In this document: positions 48,311 to 57,478 of the stretch, in pieces | Layout: each line of letters opens with the position of its first letter | Position numbering within the stretch: the stretch's first letter is position 1 | NCBI GenBank assembly: GCA_965203905.1 | Contig: CBDBDQ010000005.1 | Span: forward strand, 512,001 to 576,000 | Origin: Spirochaetia bacterium | GTDB taxonomy: Bacteria > Spirochaetota > Spirochaetia > SZUA-6 > Bin103 | Direction of reading: 5' to 3' | Length of the DNA: 64,000 nt | The notes under the pieces: model-generated | Seen by the model: the letters and a program-made list of their open reading frames with translations, nothing else | What the model was told of the DNA's origin: nothing | The model's database searches: none | Program-made: the position numbers and the translations under genes

Positions 48311-48344
48311 TGGTCCCTTCGCTGTTGGCGTGTACGTTACACGA

Positions 48345-49331
48345 TTACCCGCGCCAGGCGACAGCGGCACCCGCGGCGCCCGGCACCGAGACGCGAACGC
48401 GGTACAGGGACGGGCGGGCGGTGATGTAGAGGCTCCTGCGGTCGTCGTCGCCCCAGGCGCAGTTGGTCGGGCGCTCCGGGGTGACAATGACCCCGAGACA
48501 GGTGCCGGTGGGCTCGAAGACCCAGACGCCGGTGGCGCCCGCCACGTACAGGTGGCCTTCCACGTCGACCTTCATGCCGTCGGGAGCGCCGGGCTGGGGG
48601 TGGTCCATGTCAGCGAAGATGCGCGAGTCGGTCAGGCCTCCGCCGGCATCTACGGCGAAGGCGCGCACGTGGCGGCGCGGCGAATCACCGACGTACAACA
48701 GCGACTCGTCGGGCGAGAACGCCAGCCCGTTGGGGCGATCGAAATCGCCCACGAGCAGCTCCACCGTCCCGTCCGTCCGAATGCGGTAGAGGCCGTTGCA
48801 GGGCTGTTCCTGCTCCGCCCGAACCGAGGACGACTCACCGGGAGTGATGCCGTAGGGCGGATCCGTGAAGTAGACGCTGCCGTCGGATTTGACGACCACG
48901 TCGTTGGGGCTGTTGAGGCGTTTACCCTGGTACCGATCGGCCAGCACCGTCCGCGTACCGTCGGCCTCGATGCGTGATACGCGCCGATTGCCCTGTTCGC
49001 AGGCCACCACACGGCTCTGCCCGTCCGTGGCCAGGCCGTTCGCGTTGCCAGTGGGCTCGCGCCACAGCTGGACGTGCCCGGCGATCGCCGCGGGCCGGTC
49101 GGACTGGCCGGCCCGGACGGGCGCACTGGATCCGCCGGACCCGCTGGACTGCTCCGGCCGACCGGATCGGGCGTTGTGGTCCGCGACGGCCCGCCACTGG
49201 TAAATGCGGTCGGCCGGGATATCGGAGAACAGCAGGTAGCCGTCCGGCATCCACACCGGGCCCTCGGTGAACCGAAATCCGGTGGCAAGCCGTTCGGGGT
49301 CGCCGGATTCGACCAGCGTCGCGAGTCTCAC
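48345..49331 (-). CDS. SMP-30/gluconolactonase family protein with about 30-aa low-complexity insert
   Basis: FTEGPVW, LLFSDIP, NG, RLNSPNDVVV..DG..YFTDPPYG, RPNGLAFSPDE, PDGMKVD, NCAWG. Confidence 0.92.
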   Translation of the reverse strand: MRLATLVESGDPERLATGFRFTEGPVWMPDGYLLFSDIPADRIYQWRAVADHNARSGRPEQSSGSGGSSAPVRAGQSDRPAAIAGHVQLWREPTGNANGLATDGQSRVVACEQGNRRVSRIEADGTRTVLADRYQGKRLNSPNDVVVKSDGSVYFTDPPYGITPGESSSVRAEQEQPCNGLYRIRTDGTVELLVGDFDRPNGLAFSPDESLLYVGDSPRRHVRAFAVDAGGGLTDSRIFADMDHPQPGAPDGMKVDVEGHLYVAGATGVWVFEPTGTCLGVIVTPERPTNCAWGDDDRRSLYITARPSLYRVRVSVPGAAGAAVAWRG

Positions 49332-49349
49332 GGCACGCTCCCGAGCCGC

Positions 49350-50060
49350 TCAGCTCGGCTGATAGCCGGAGGGCTCGAGCAGCACGATCGAAGGCCGTCC
49401 GAGCTCGGACGCCGGGAGTGGGAAGGTCACCGTGTGGTGGCGGGGATAGATAATGGGATCCCGCGGCCGGCGCTCCAGGAACGCGTCGATCTTGGTCATC
49501 ACCCTCTTCTGGCCGCTGACCGGCGCCAGGTTGTAGTGCATCGGCACGATCCAGGTTGGGCTCAGGATGTCAATCATCGGCTCCAGCTCATCCAGCGTCA
49601 GCGTCAGTCCCTCGCCGGTCAGCGCAAGGAGGACGTCGCAGCGGCCGGCGAAGGGCGCGAGCTGCTCCGCGTCGAGCCCGTACCCGAGGTCGCCCATGTG
49701 CAGGAACCACAGACCGCCCGCCTGGAACGCGTAGAGGGCGTTGTCGTCGGCGCCGTCGGGGTGGTCCGGCGCCTCCGCCGCCTCGACGGTCACCAGGGGC
49801 TCGCCGTCGACCAGCGTCGCGCCAGGATCGCGCGCCACATTCAGGGCGTTGATTACCCGGGGCTCGCCAGCAATCAGCCCGACATTGCCGTGGGCCACGT
49901 CGGTGAGCGAGCTGGCGATGACCGTGTCGGCCTGGATCTTCGATCCATCATCGACCAACCCGATCGCGGCAGGCGTGTACGGGTCCATGGCGATGGCGCG
50001 ACCGCCGTCCTGCCAGAGGCGGAAGCACGCCATACCCACCCACTCGAGATGAACAGCCAT
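49350..50060 (-). CDS. MBL-fold (Lactamase_B_3-like) protein with atypical metal motif, copy 2
   Basis: Close paralog of 45759-46478; SLTDVAH, HMGDLG, PMHY. Confidence 0.75.
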   Translation of the reverse strand: MAVHLEWVGMACFRLWQDGGRAIAMDPYTPAAIGLVDDGSKIQADTVIASSLTDVAHGNVGLIAGEPRVINALNVARDPGATLVDGEPLVTVEAAEAPDHPDGADDNALYAFQAGGLWFLHMGDLGYGLDAEQLAPFAGRCDVLLALTGEGLTLTLDELEPMIDILSPTWIVPMHYNLAPVSGQKRVMTKIDAFLERRPRDPIIYPRHHTVTFPLPASELGRPSIVLLEPSGYQPS

Positions 50061-50149
50061 TGTCACGTCCCCCTGCGGTTCGTGTTGAGCCCCAAGCTAC
50101 CAGGGTCTGGCCTTCCCTGCTACGGCCTGGGAGCACGAGATCCTCTAGA

Positions 50150-50914
50150 TCAGCCGGCGGTCCAGGCGCCGTCGACCGACAACATGGTCCCGGTGACGAA
50201 GGCGGCGTCGTCGGAGCTCAGCCACACCACGGCGGCAGCGACCTCCTCGGGCTCGCCGAGGCGTCCGATCGGATGGTACGCGGTCAGATGCGCTACATCC
50301 GCCGCGTCCTCCAGCCGCCCGCCGTGCATACGCGTGCGGATCACCCCGGGACACACTGCGTTCACCCGGATCCCGTGCTCGGCATACTCCAGCGCCGCTG
50401 CTCTGGTGAGTCCCACCACGCCGTGCTTGCTGGTCACATAGGCGGCGGCATTGCGGGCCCCCACCAGACCGGTGGCAGACGCCATGTTGACGATGACACC
50501 GCTTCCCTGCTCCAGCATGCGCAGCACCTCGTACTTGACGCACAGCCAGACGCCCTTGAGGTTGACCGCCATCACCCGGTCCCAGTCCTCTTCACGGTAC
50601 TCGTGGGTGCGGCTCAGGCTGCCGACGCCGGCGTTGTTGAATGCGCAGTCCAGCCGGCCGAACACGGCTACCGTGGCGGCGACCATGGCCTCGACCGAGC
50701 CCGCCTGGGTCACGTCGGTCGCGATGAAGCGAGCCGCACCGCCACGCTCGCGGACCGCGCGTGCGGTGTCCTCGCCCCCGGCCTGGTCCACGTCGGCCAC
50801 GACCACACTGGCGCCAGCGTCGGCAAATGCCAGCGCTGTCGCGCGCCCGATTCCCGCGCCACCGCCGGTGACCAGCGTCACCTTGCCGTCCAGGTCGGCA
50901 GCGGCTAGCGGCAT
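50150..50914 (-). CDS. Short-chain dehydrogenase/reductase
   Basis: TGGGAGIG, NNAG, YVTSK, RVNAVCPG, VDG. Confidence 0.93.
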   Translation of the reverse strand: MPLAAADLDGKVTLVTGGGAGIGRATALAFADAGASVVVADVDQAGGEDTARAVRERGGAARFIATDVTQAGSVEAMVAATVAVFGRLDCAFNNAGVGSLSRTHEYREEDWDRVMAVNLKGVWLCVKYEVLRMLEQGSGVIVNMASATGLVGARNAAAYVTSKHGVVGLTRAAALEYAEHGIRVNAVCPGVIRTRMHGGRLEDAADVAHLTAYHPIGRLGEPEEVAAAVVWLSSDDAAFVTGTMLSVDGAWTAG

Positions 50915-50962
50915 CTGCCGTCGGCTCCCGATCGGAGGCCGCCTTGCGTGCTGCCCGTCACC

Positions 50963-51955
50963 TTACGAGACTGGCTCAGCGTGGTCACGGAAACCGTCCT
51001 CGAGCCCCCGCAGCAACCGGTAGCAGGTGTCCAGCACCGGCACCCGCACCCCGCGCGCCGCGGCGCGGCGGACCACGTCGCCTGCCACGTGCTCGACCTC
51101 GGTACGGCGCTCGGCAAGGACGTCCTGGGTCATCGACGCCACCGCCTTCTGCCCCGTGGCGCGCAGCCGGTCCGCCATTTCGCCCAGCGCGGCAAGGAAA
51201 TCGTCGCGCGGGCCGTTGGTCCAGGCAGCAAGCGGCGTCGCGGTGCCGGGGGGATCGACCACGGTTACCCCCTCGGCTCTGGCCACGGCCATCACCTCCT
51301 CGGCGATGTCGACGTAGACGTCGGCCAGCAGCGGATGGGTGAAGACTGCCGCGATATCGCACCGCGCCAATGAGCTGGCAAGTGAGGTGCTCAGCATCCC
51401 GATGAGCTTCCACCATTCGACTGCCGCGACATCCTCGACTGCATTCGCCGGCAGGCCGGCTGCCTCGAGGCGCTGTGCCAGCTCCTGGATGCGAGGCGAG
51501 AGCGTGCCATCGGTCTCGCCCACCCACGTGGGCGCGCTGGTGTTCAGCCGGGCGTGACCGGCCCCCAGCTTGGTCGCCTGCATCATGGTCACCCCGCGTA
51601 CCACGGCCCCGGCACCGAAGACGGCGGCAAGGGTGTCGTCCTTTGCCAGGCCGTTCTGCAGCGAGAGCACTGCACCGGGACGGCAACCTGCCGCCGCCTC
51701 CAGCGCCGCGGTGGTGTCCTTGTTCTTGACCAGGACGAGCAGCCAATCGACGTCTCCGACGTCGCGCCCCGTGGTGGCGACGCGTGCCGGCACCTCGGCG
51801 GCCACAAGCCCTTCGATGCACAGCCTGTTGTCGCGGGCCTGCAGCGCCGGCACCTGCGACTCCTTGACGAGGACCGTGACGTCGCCCCCGTCCCGCGCCA
51901 ACAGTCCGGCAAACACCGTGCCGAGCCCGCCGCTACCGACGACCAGAAACCTCAC
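50963..51955 (-). CDS. Ketopantoate reductase (PanE/ApbA)-family oxidoreductase
   Basis: VVGSGGLG, LVK..D, SLQNGL, WWKL, EE..AVARAEG, SMTQD....RRTE...G.V. Confidence 0.85.
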   Translation of the reverse strand: MRFLVVGSGGLGTVFAGLLARDGGDVTVLVKESQVPALQARDNRLCIEGLVAAEVPARVATTGRDVGDVDWLLVLVKNKDTTAALEAAAGCRPGAVLSLQNGLAKDDTLAAVFGAGAVVRGVTMMQATKLGAGHARLNTSAPTWVGETDGTLSPRIQELAQRLEAAGLPANAVEDVAAVEWWKLIGMLSTSLASSLARCDIAAVFTHPLLADVYVDIAEEVMAVARAEGVTVVDPPGTATPLAAWTNGPRDDFLAALGEMADRLRATGQKAVASMTQDVLAERRTEVEHVAGDVVRRAAARGVRVPVLDTCYRLLRGLEDGFRDHAEPVS

Positions 51956-52029
51956 CGCATCCTCACTTCCGCGCTCCGGGGAGAACAGTGCATCGAGCGA
52001 GGAGGGCGACGCAAGGCCGACCGGGGGGC

Positions 52030-52848
52030 CTATTGATCGGGCCCGAGCATCACTTCGAGCTGGTCGAGGGGCTTGTAGTAGTCGGTGGCGTGGTAGTCGG
52101 AACCCATGTCGCCGAGCAGGCGCCGGCGCCGCGGGCTCAGGCGAGCGAGGACCGCGGCCGGCACTCTCTCGTAGTCGTAGGGGCGGCACCACATCTGGCC
52201 GTAGCGGAAGGTGACGCTGCGGCGCACGCTGTCGCCCAGGTTGGGGGCCACGCTGTGCCACAGGTTGTGCGGGAAGATGGCCACGTCCCCCGCCTCCACG
52301 AGGAGTTGCACGGCGCCGGGCGGATCTTCTCCGTCGGGAATGCCGGAGGCGGGAAACTCGACCCGGTGGCTGCCCGGGACCAGGCAGAAGTTGGCCCGGT
52401 CCCGCTGCGTGATGTCGGTGAGGAAGAATTGCACCTTGAAGTTGAGCGGCAGGCTGTCGGCGGTGACCCGGATGCGCTGCAGTGACGGGCCGGCGTCGGT
52501 GTGCCAGCGGAAGTCGCCCCGCCGGCCGGCGGGCCGCACGTAGATCTGGGTGCCCATGAGCTGGAGATAGGGTCCCATCAGCCCGACCACGGTGGGGAAG
52601 GTGCCGGGATGGTCGATCAGCGCGTCCAGGCCCGCGGTATGCTCGATCGCCTGGATGATGGTATAGGATCCACTGGGGCTGTTGGCCGCTTCGTAGCTGG
52701 CGATCGTCGCGTCGGCGGCGGCCAGGAACGCGGCGGCCTCGTCACGGGGGATCGCCTGCTTGAGCAGCACGTAGCCCTGCTCGCGCCACTGGGTGAGCAC
52801 TGCCTGACTCACGGTCTCCGTGGTCGCCGTATGGGTAGTAGTGGCCAT
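52030..52848 (-). CDS. PhyH-family Fe(II)/2OG dioxygenase
   Basis: REQGYVLL, WHTD, FFLTD...NFCLVPGSH, AGDVAIF...WHSVAPN...RR. Confidence 0.9.
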   Translation of the reverse strand: MATTTHTATTETVSQAVLTQWREQGYVLLKQAIPRDEAAAFLAAADATIASYEAANSPSGSYTIIQAIEHTAGLDALIDHPGTFPTVVGLMGPYLQLMGTQIYVRPAGRRGDFRWHTDAGPSLQRIRVTADSLPLNFKVQFFLTDITQRDRANFCLVPGSHRVEFPASGIPDGEDPPGAVQLLVEAGDVAIFPHNLWHSVAPNLGDSVRRSVTFRYGQMWCRPYDYERVPAAVLARLSPRRRRLLGDMGSDYHATDYYKPLDQLEVMLGPDQ

Positions 52849-52891
52849 CTCTCCCCGAGTGTAGCATCTTCGGTAGGCGAGCAAGCATCAC

Positions 52892-53776
52892 ATGGATACG
52901 CAAAAGGAAGCGGCCCGCATCGCGGCGCTGCTGGAGGAACAGAACTACATCGGCGACGACACCATCGTCACCTCGCTGCTGATCGCCGAGCAACTGCGCA
53001 AGCCGCTGCTGGTGGAGGGGCCGGCCGGCGTCGGCAAGACCGAGATCGCCAAGGTGCTGGCGCGCGCGCTGGACACCGACCTGATCCGCCTGCAGTGCTA
53101 CGAGGGGCTGGACGCCAGCACCGCCCTCTACGAGTGGGACTACAAGCGCCAGTTGCTGCACATCCGCCTGAGCGAGCAGGAGAGCACTTCGCTGGCGGAA
53201 CGGGAACGGGAGCTGTTCGATGAACGCTACCTGCTGAAGCGGCCCCTGCTGCAGGCGATCACGCAGCAGCGCAGTCCGGTGCTGCTGGTGGACGAGCTGG
53301 ACCGTGCGGACGAGGAGTTCGAGGCGTTCCTGCTGGAGGTGCTGTCGGACTGGCAGATCTCGATTCCCGAGCTCGGCACCGTGAGCGCCAGCCACGTGCC
53401 CTACGTGGTGGTGACCAGCAACCGCACCCGCGAGCTGTCGGATGCGGTGCGGCGGCGCTGCCTGTACCTGTGGATCGACTACCCGGACTACGCCAAGGAG
53501 CTGACCATCGTGCGGCGGCGGGTGCCGGGCATCGACGCCGCGCTGGCCGACCAGATCTGCCGCTTCGTGGAGGCGGCGCGCACTCAGCCGCTGCAGAAGG
53601 TGCCGGGCATCGCCGAGACCCTCGACTGGGCCGCCACCCTGGTGGCGCTGCACCGCGACTGTCTCGACGAGGAGGTGGTCGCCGCCACCCTCGGCGTGGT
53701 GTTCAAGAGCCACGACGACGTCACCCACGTGCGCCACCAGACGCGGCAGATGCTGGCGGCGTTGGCGGCGGGGTGA
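52892..53776 (+). CDS. MoxR-family AAA+ ATPase (CoxD-like)
   Basis: EGPAGVGKTE, RLQCYEGLD, LYEWDY.RQLL, DELDRADEEFEAFLLE, TSNRTRELSDA.RRRC. Confidence 0.93.
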   Translation: MDTQKEAARIAALLEEQNYIGDDTIVTSLLIAEQLRKPLLVEGPAGVGKTEIAKVLARALDTDLIRLQCYEGLDASTALYEWDYKRQLLHIRLSEQESTSLAERERELFDERYLLKRPLLQAITQQRSPVLLVDELDRADEEFEAFLLEVLSDWQISIPELGTVSASHVPYVVVTSNRTRELSDAVRRRCLYLWIDYPDYAKELTIVRRRVPGIDAALADQICRFVEAARTQPLQKVPGIAETLDWAATLVALHRDCLDEEVVAATLGVVFKSHDDVTHVRHQTRQMLAALAAG

Positions 53777-53808
53777 GCTTCGGGCGCGACGTGCCCGAGG
53801 AGTTCGCG

Positions 53809-54960
53809 ATGACCGCGACCGGCGCAACCGGTGCGAGCGGCCGCAGCCTGTCGGCGCGCATCGTTCGCTTCTGCCGGCTGCTGCGCAGCGAGGGCGTGGG
53901 CCTGGGGCCGGGCGAGCAGGCCGACGCCCTGCGTGCCGCGGCGCTGGCGCTGCACGACCCGCGACGCTTCCGCGTCGCGCTACGCGCCGCCACCGCCAAG
54001 ACCCGCGCCGAGCAGGAGCTGTTCGACGCCTGCTACGCCAGCTACTGGGAAGACCAGGCGGCGCTCACCGACGAGGATCCCGGCCCGGGAGAGCGCGTGC
54101 TGCCCCCCGCGCGTCTGCCGCAGCGTGCCCAGCAGGCGGCGCAGTTTGCCGCCGACCTCGCTACCGACTCCGGCCGCGAGGTCTCTGCCGCCGCCTACAG
54201 CCCACAACAGGTGCCGGCGCACACCGACTTCGCGCAGCTCAGCGCCGAGGAGATGGAACAGATCACCGAGCTGCTGCTGCTGATCGGACGTCAACTCGCG
54301 CGCTCCCTGTCGCGCCGCTATGCGCCCGCGGCGCGCGGTTCCCGCCTCGACCTGCGCCGCACCCTGCGCGCCGGACTGCGCTCCGGGGAGCTGTTGGAAC
54401 TGGCCCTGCTGCAGCGCCGCCGGCGCCGGCTGAAGCTGGCCCTGATCTGCGACGTCAGCAAGTCGATGGATCTCTACAGCCGCTTCCTGCTGCAGTTCAT
54501 GTTCGCCTTCCAGCGCGCCTACCGCCGCATCGAGACCTTCGTGTTCAGCACCAACCTGCACCGCGTCACCGACCAGTTGCGCGGGCGCAACCTCACGCTG
54601 GCGCTCGACCTGCTTGCGGCCACGGTGCCGGAGTGGGCCGGTGGCACCCGCATCGGCGCCTCGCTGCACCAGTACCTGGAGCAGTATGGGCGCACCGCCC
54701 TGGACCGGCGCACCGTGGTGGCGATCCTGAGCGACGGCTGGGACACCGGCGACATCGAGCTGCTCGGCGCCGGCATGGAAGAGATCCAGCGCCGCGCCGC
54801 CCTGGTGATCTGGCTCAACCCGCTGCTCGGCAACCCCGACTACCGGCCCCAGACCCGCGGCATGCAGGCCGCGCTGCCGTTCGTCGACGTGTTCGCCGCC
54901 GCCCATAACGCCGCCAGCCTCCGCCGCCTCGCCACCACCCTCGCCGGCCAGCGCAGGTAG
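53809..54960 (+). CDS. VWA-domain CoxE-like protein
   Basis: DLRRTLR, CDVSKSM, FVFST, W.GGTRIG, LSDGWD, WLNPL. Alternative start GTG 53773. Confidence 0.9.
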   Translation: MTATGATGASGRSLSARIVRFCRLLRSEGVGLGPGEQADALRAAALALHDPRRFRVALRAATAKTRAEQELFDACYASYWEDQAALTDEDPGPGERVLPPARLPQRAQQAAQFAADLATDSGREVSAAAYSPQQVPAHTDFAQLSAEEMEQITELLLLIGRQLARSLSRRYAPAARGSRLDLRRTLRAGLRSGELLELALLQRRRRRLKLALICDVSKSMDLYSRFLLQFMFAFQRAYRRIETFVFSTNLHRVTDQLRGRNLTLALDLLAATVPEWAGGTRIGASLHQYLEQYGRTALDRRTVVAILSDGWDTGDIELLGAGMEEIQRRAALVIWLNPLLGNPDYRPQTRGMQAALPFVDVFAAAHNAASLRRLATTLAGQRR

Positions 54961-55040
54961 GGTCGGAGCCCGCGCCGCGTGCCTGGCTGGCCACTTCAGC
55001 CGGGACACGGAGTGGGGCGTAGCCGTTATGATGCAGTGCG

Positions 55041-56552
55041 ATGAGTGACAGCCGCGACCAAGCCCGCTCCCTCGACCGCCTCAAGCAACTCGACCGCGAG
55101 ATTCACCTGCTGGAGCACGTGACCCTGCTGGTGCAGTGGGACCAGGAGACGTACATGCCGCCGGGCGCGGTGGAAGAGCGGGGCGATCAGCTCGCGTTGC
55201 TGGAGGGCGAGGTTCACGCGCGCCGCACCTCGGCCGAAATGGGCGACCTGATCGCGGCCGCCGAGTCACGCACCGACCTCGACCCCAACGACCGCGCGCT
55301 GGTGCGCGAACTGCGCCGTTCCTACGACCGCGCCACCCGGCTGCCGGCGGACCTGGTGAAGGCAATCGCGCGCCAGGGCAGCGTGAACCACGCCAGTTGG
55401 GGGAATGCGCGAAGCGATTCCGACTTCGCCATTTTCCGCGACGACCTGGAGCGGACCCTGATGCTGACCCGCGAGAAGGCGGATTGTCTGGGTTCTACGG
55501 AGACGCGCTACGATCCGTTGCTGGACGAGTTCGAGCCGTGGATGACCACCGCGGAGCTGCGCGGGGTGCTGGATTCGCTGCGCGCTCCGCTGGTGGACCT
55601 GCTGCAGCGGATCACGGCGTCGGACATGGATCTCGACGACAGCGTGCTGCGGCGCGATTACGACGTTTCCGCGCAACGTACCTTTAGCGATCATCTACTG
55701 GCGGCGCTGGGTTTCTCATCGCAGACCGGACGGCTGGACGTTTCGGCGCACCCCTTCTCCACCACGTTGGGCGCCAACGACGGGCGCCTCACCACCCGGT
55801 TCTATCCCGACCTGCTCAGCGCCAGCATCTTCGGCACCATTCACGAATGCGGGCATGGCCTGCACGGACTGGGAGTGGCGCCCGAGCTGGCCACCACCGA
55901 GCTGGGCGACGGCACCTCGCTCGGCATCTGCGAGTCGCAGTCGCGCTTCTGGGAGAACCTGATCGCGCGCCGGCGCGCCTTCTGGGAGCACTTCTACCCG
56001 CAGTTGCAACCGCGCTTCCCGGCGCTGGCGGATGTGGACCTGGACCGCTTCTACCGCGCGGTGAACGCGGTCAAGCCGTCGCTGATCCGGGTGGAGGCGG
56101 ACGAGGTGACCTACAACCTCCACATCCTGCTGCGCTTCGGCCTGGAACGGCGCCTGGTGGACGGCGAGATCGAGGTGGCCGACCTGCCGGAGGCCTGGCG
56201 CGAGGAGTCGCGGGAGTTGCTGGGGATCGTGCCGGAGCGCGACGCCGACGGCGTGCTGCAGGACATCCACTGGTCGATGTTCCTGATCGGCTACTTTCCC
56301 ACCTACTCGCTCGGCAACCTGTACGGGGCCCAGTTCCACGCCACCATGGCACGGGAGCTATCCGACTGGGAGGAGCAGGTGCGCCGCGGGGAGTTCGAGC
56401 AGATCCTGGGCTGGTTGCGGGAGCGCATCCATCGCCACGGCCGGGTCTACTCCGCCACCGAGATCTGCCGCCGGGTGACCGGCGAGCCGCTCGACGCGAG
56501 CTACTTCCTGAACTACCTGGAGGACAAGTTCGGCGAGCTCTATCGCCTGTAG
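55041..56552 (+). CDS. Carboxypeptidase M32 (Taq-like)
   Basis: WDQETYMP, HPF, HECGH (HExxH), ESQSRFWEN, IRVEADE, QDIHW, GYFPTY.LG. Confidence 0.95.
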   Translation: MSDSRDQARSLDRLKQLDREIHLLEHVTLLVQWDQETYMPPGAVEERGDQLALLEGEVHARRTSAEMGDLIAAAESRTDLDPNDRALVRELRRSYDRATRLPADLVKAIARQGSVNHASWGNARSDSDFAIFRDDLERTLMLTREKADCLGSTETRYDPLLDEFEPWMTTAELRGVLDSLRAPLVDLLQRITASDMDLDDSVLRRDYDVSAQRTFSDHLLAALGFSSQTGRLDVSAHPFSTTLGANDGRLTTRFYPDLLSASIFGTIHECGHGLHGLGVAPELATTELGDGTSLGICESQSRFWENLIARRRAFWEHFYPQLQPRFPALADVDLDRFYRAVNAVKPSLIRVEADEVTYNLHILLRFGLERRLVDGEIEVADLPEAWREESRELLGIVPERDADGVLQDIHWSMFLIGYFPTYSLGNLYGAQFHATMARELSDWEEQVRRGEFEQILGWLRERIHRHGRVYSATEICRRVTGEPLDASYFLNYLEDKFGELYRL

Positions 56553-56560
56553 CCGCCCGG

Positions 56561-57478
56561 ATGAATACGCCGGCATTCGACTTCGCCGCCATCCCGAGCC
56601 CCATCATCCTGCGCGGCAACGAGGAGCAGGCGTACCGCGACCCCTGCGGGCATTACCACAACGGGATGTTCCGGGTGTGGCACAGCAACGTCCGCGGCCC
56701 GGCCGGCTCGAGCTGGAGCGCCGCCACGGCAGTCACCGAGAGCCGCGACCTGGTCGCCTGGAGCGAGCCGCGCGACGTGACGCCGCGCTACCGGGCACTC
56801 AACTACTCCAGCCCCGGAAACGTGATCCGCCACGGCGACCGCTGGCTGATGTGCCTGCAGACCTATCCCAGCCGCGACGGCAGACCGGGCGACCACACCG
56901 CGCGAATCTTCGCCATGCACAGCAGCGACCTGCAGGAGTGGTCGGAGCCGGAGCTGTTGCGGGTCAAGGGACCGGATGTGGCGCGAGCGGAGATGGGGCG
57001 GATGATCGATCCCTACCTGATCGAGGACCAGGCGGAGCCCGGCAGGTGGTGGTGCTTCTACAAGCAGAACGGAGCGAGCCGGTCGTGGTCGCGCGACCTT
57101 CGGCACTGGACCTATGCCGGGCGCGTCGATGCGGGGGAGAACGTATGCCTGCTGGCAGAGGGGGGCGAGTACACGATGTTCCACTCCCCCACCAACGGCA
57201 TTGGGATCAAGCGCTCGCGGGACCTGGAGCGGTGGACCGATCACGGCCTGCTCACGCTGGGGCAGCGGCAGTGGCCGTGGGCGCAGGGGCGCATCACCGC
57301 CGGCCAGGTGCTGGACCTGCGCGCCGAGCCGGGGATCGGGCGCTACGTGATGTTTTTCCACGGCAGCAGCCCGGCCGGGTGCGCGTTGCAGGAGGTGCAC
57401 GGACATGCCTCGCTCGGCATCGCCTGGAGCGACGACCTGGTGCACTGGGACTGGCCGCGAGGGAACGGCGATGCCTGA
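56561..57478 (+). CDS. Hypothetical protein, glycoside-hydrolase-like beta-propeller (GH32/43-like)
   Basis: AYRDP, repeated S.DL..W motifs, MIDPY; translationally coupled to menA. Confidence 0.55.
   Translation: MNTPAFDFAAIPSPIILRGNEEQAYRDPCGHYHNGMFRVWHSNVRGPAGSSWSAATAVTESRDLVAWSEPRDVTPRYRALNYSSPGNVIRHGDRWLMCLQTYPSRDGRPGDHTARIFAMHSSDLQEWSEPELLRVKGPDVARAEMGRMIDPYLIEDQAEPGRWWCFYKQNGASRSWSRDLRHWTYAGRVDAGENVCLLAEGGEYTMFHSPTNGIGIKRSRDLERWTDHGLLTLGQRQWPWAQGRITAGQVLDLRAEPGIGRYVMFFHGSSPAGCALQEVHGHASLGIAWSDDLVHWDWPRGNGDA

Noticed and set aside
50963-51955. Assigning panE as the pantothenate biosynthesis gene
   Set aside because: Family-level match only; no panB/panC nearby and the context is catabolic.
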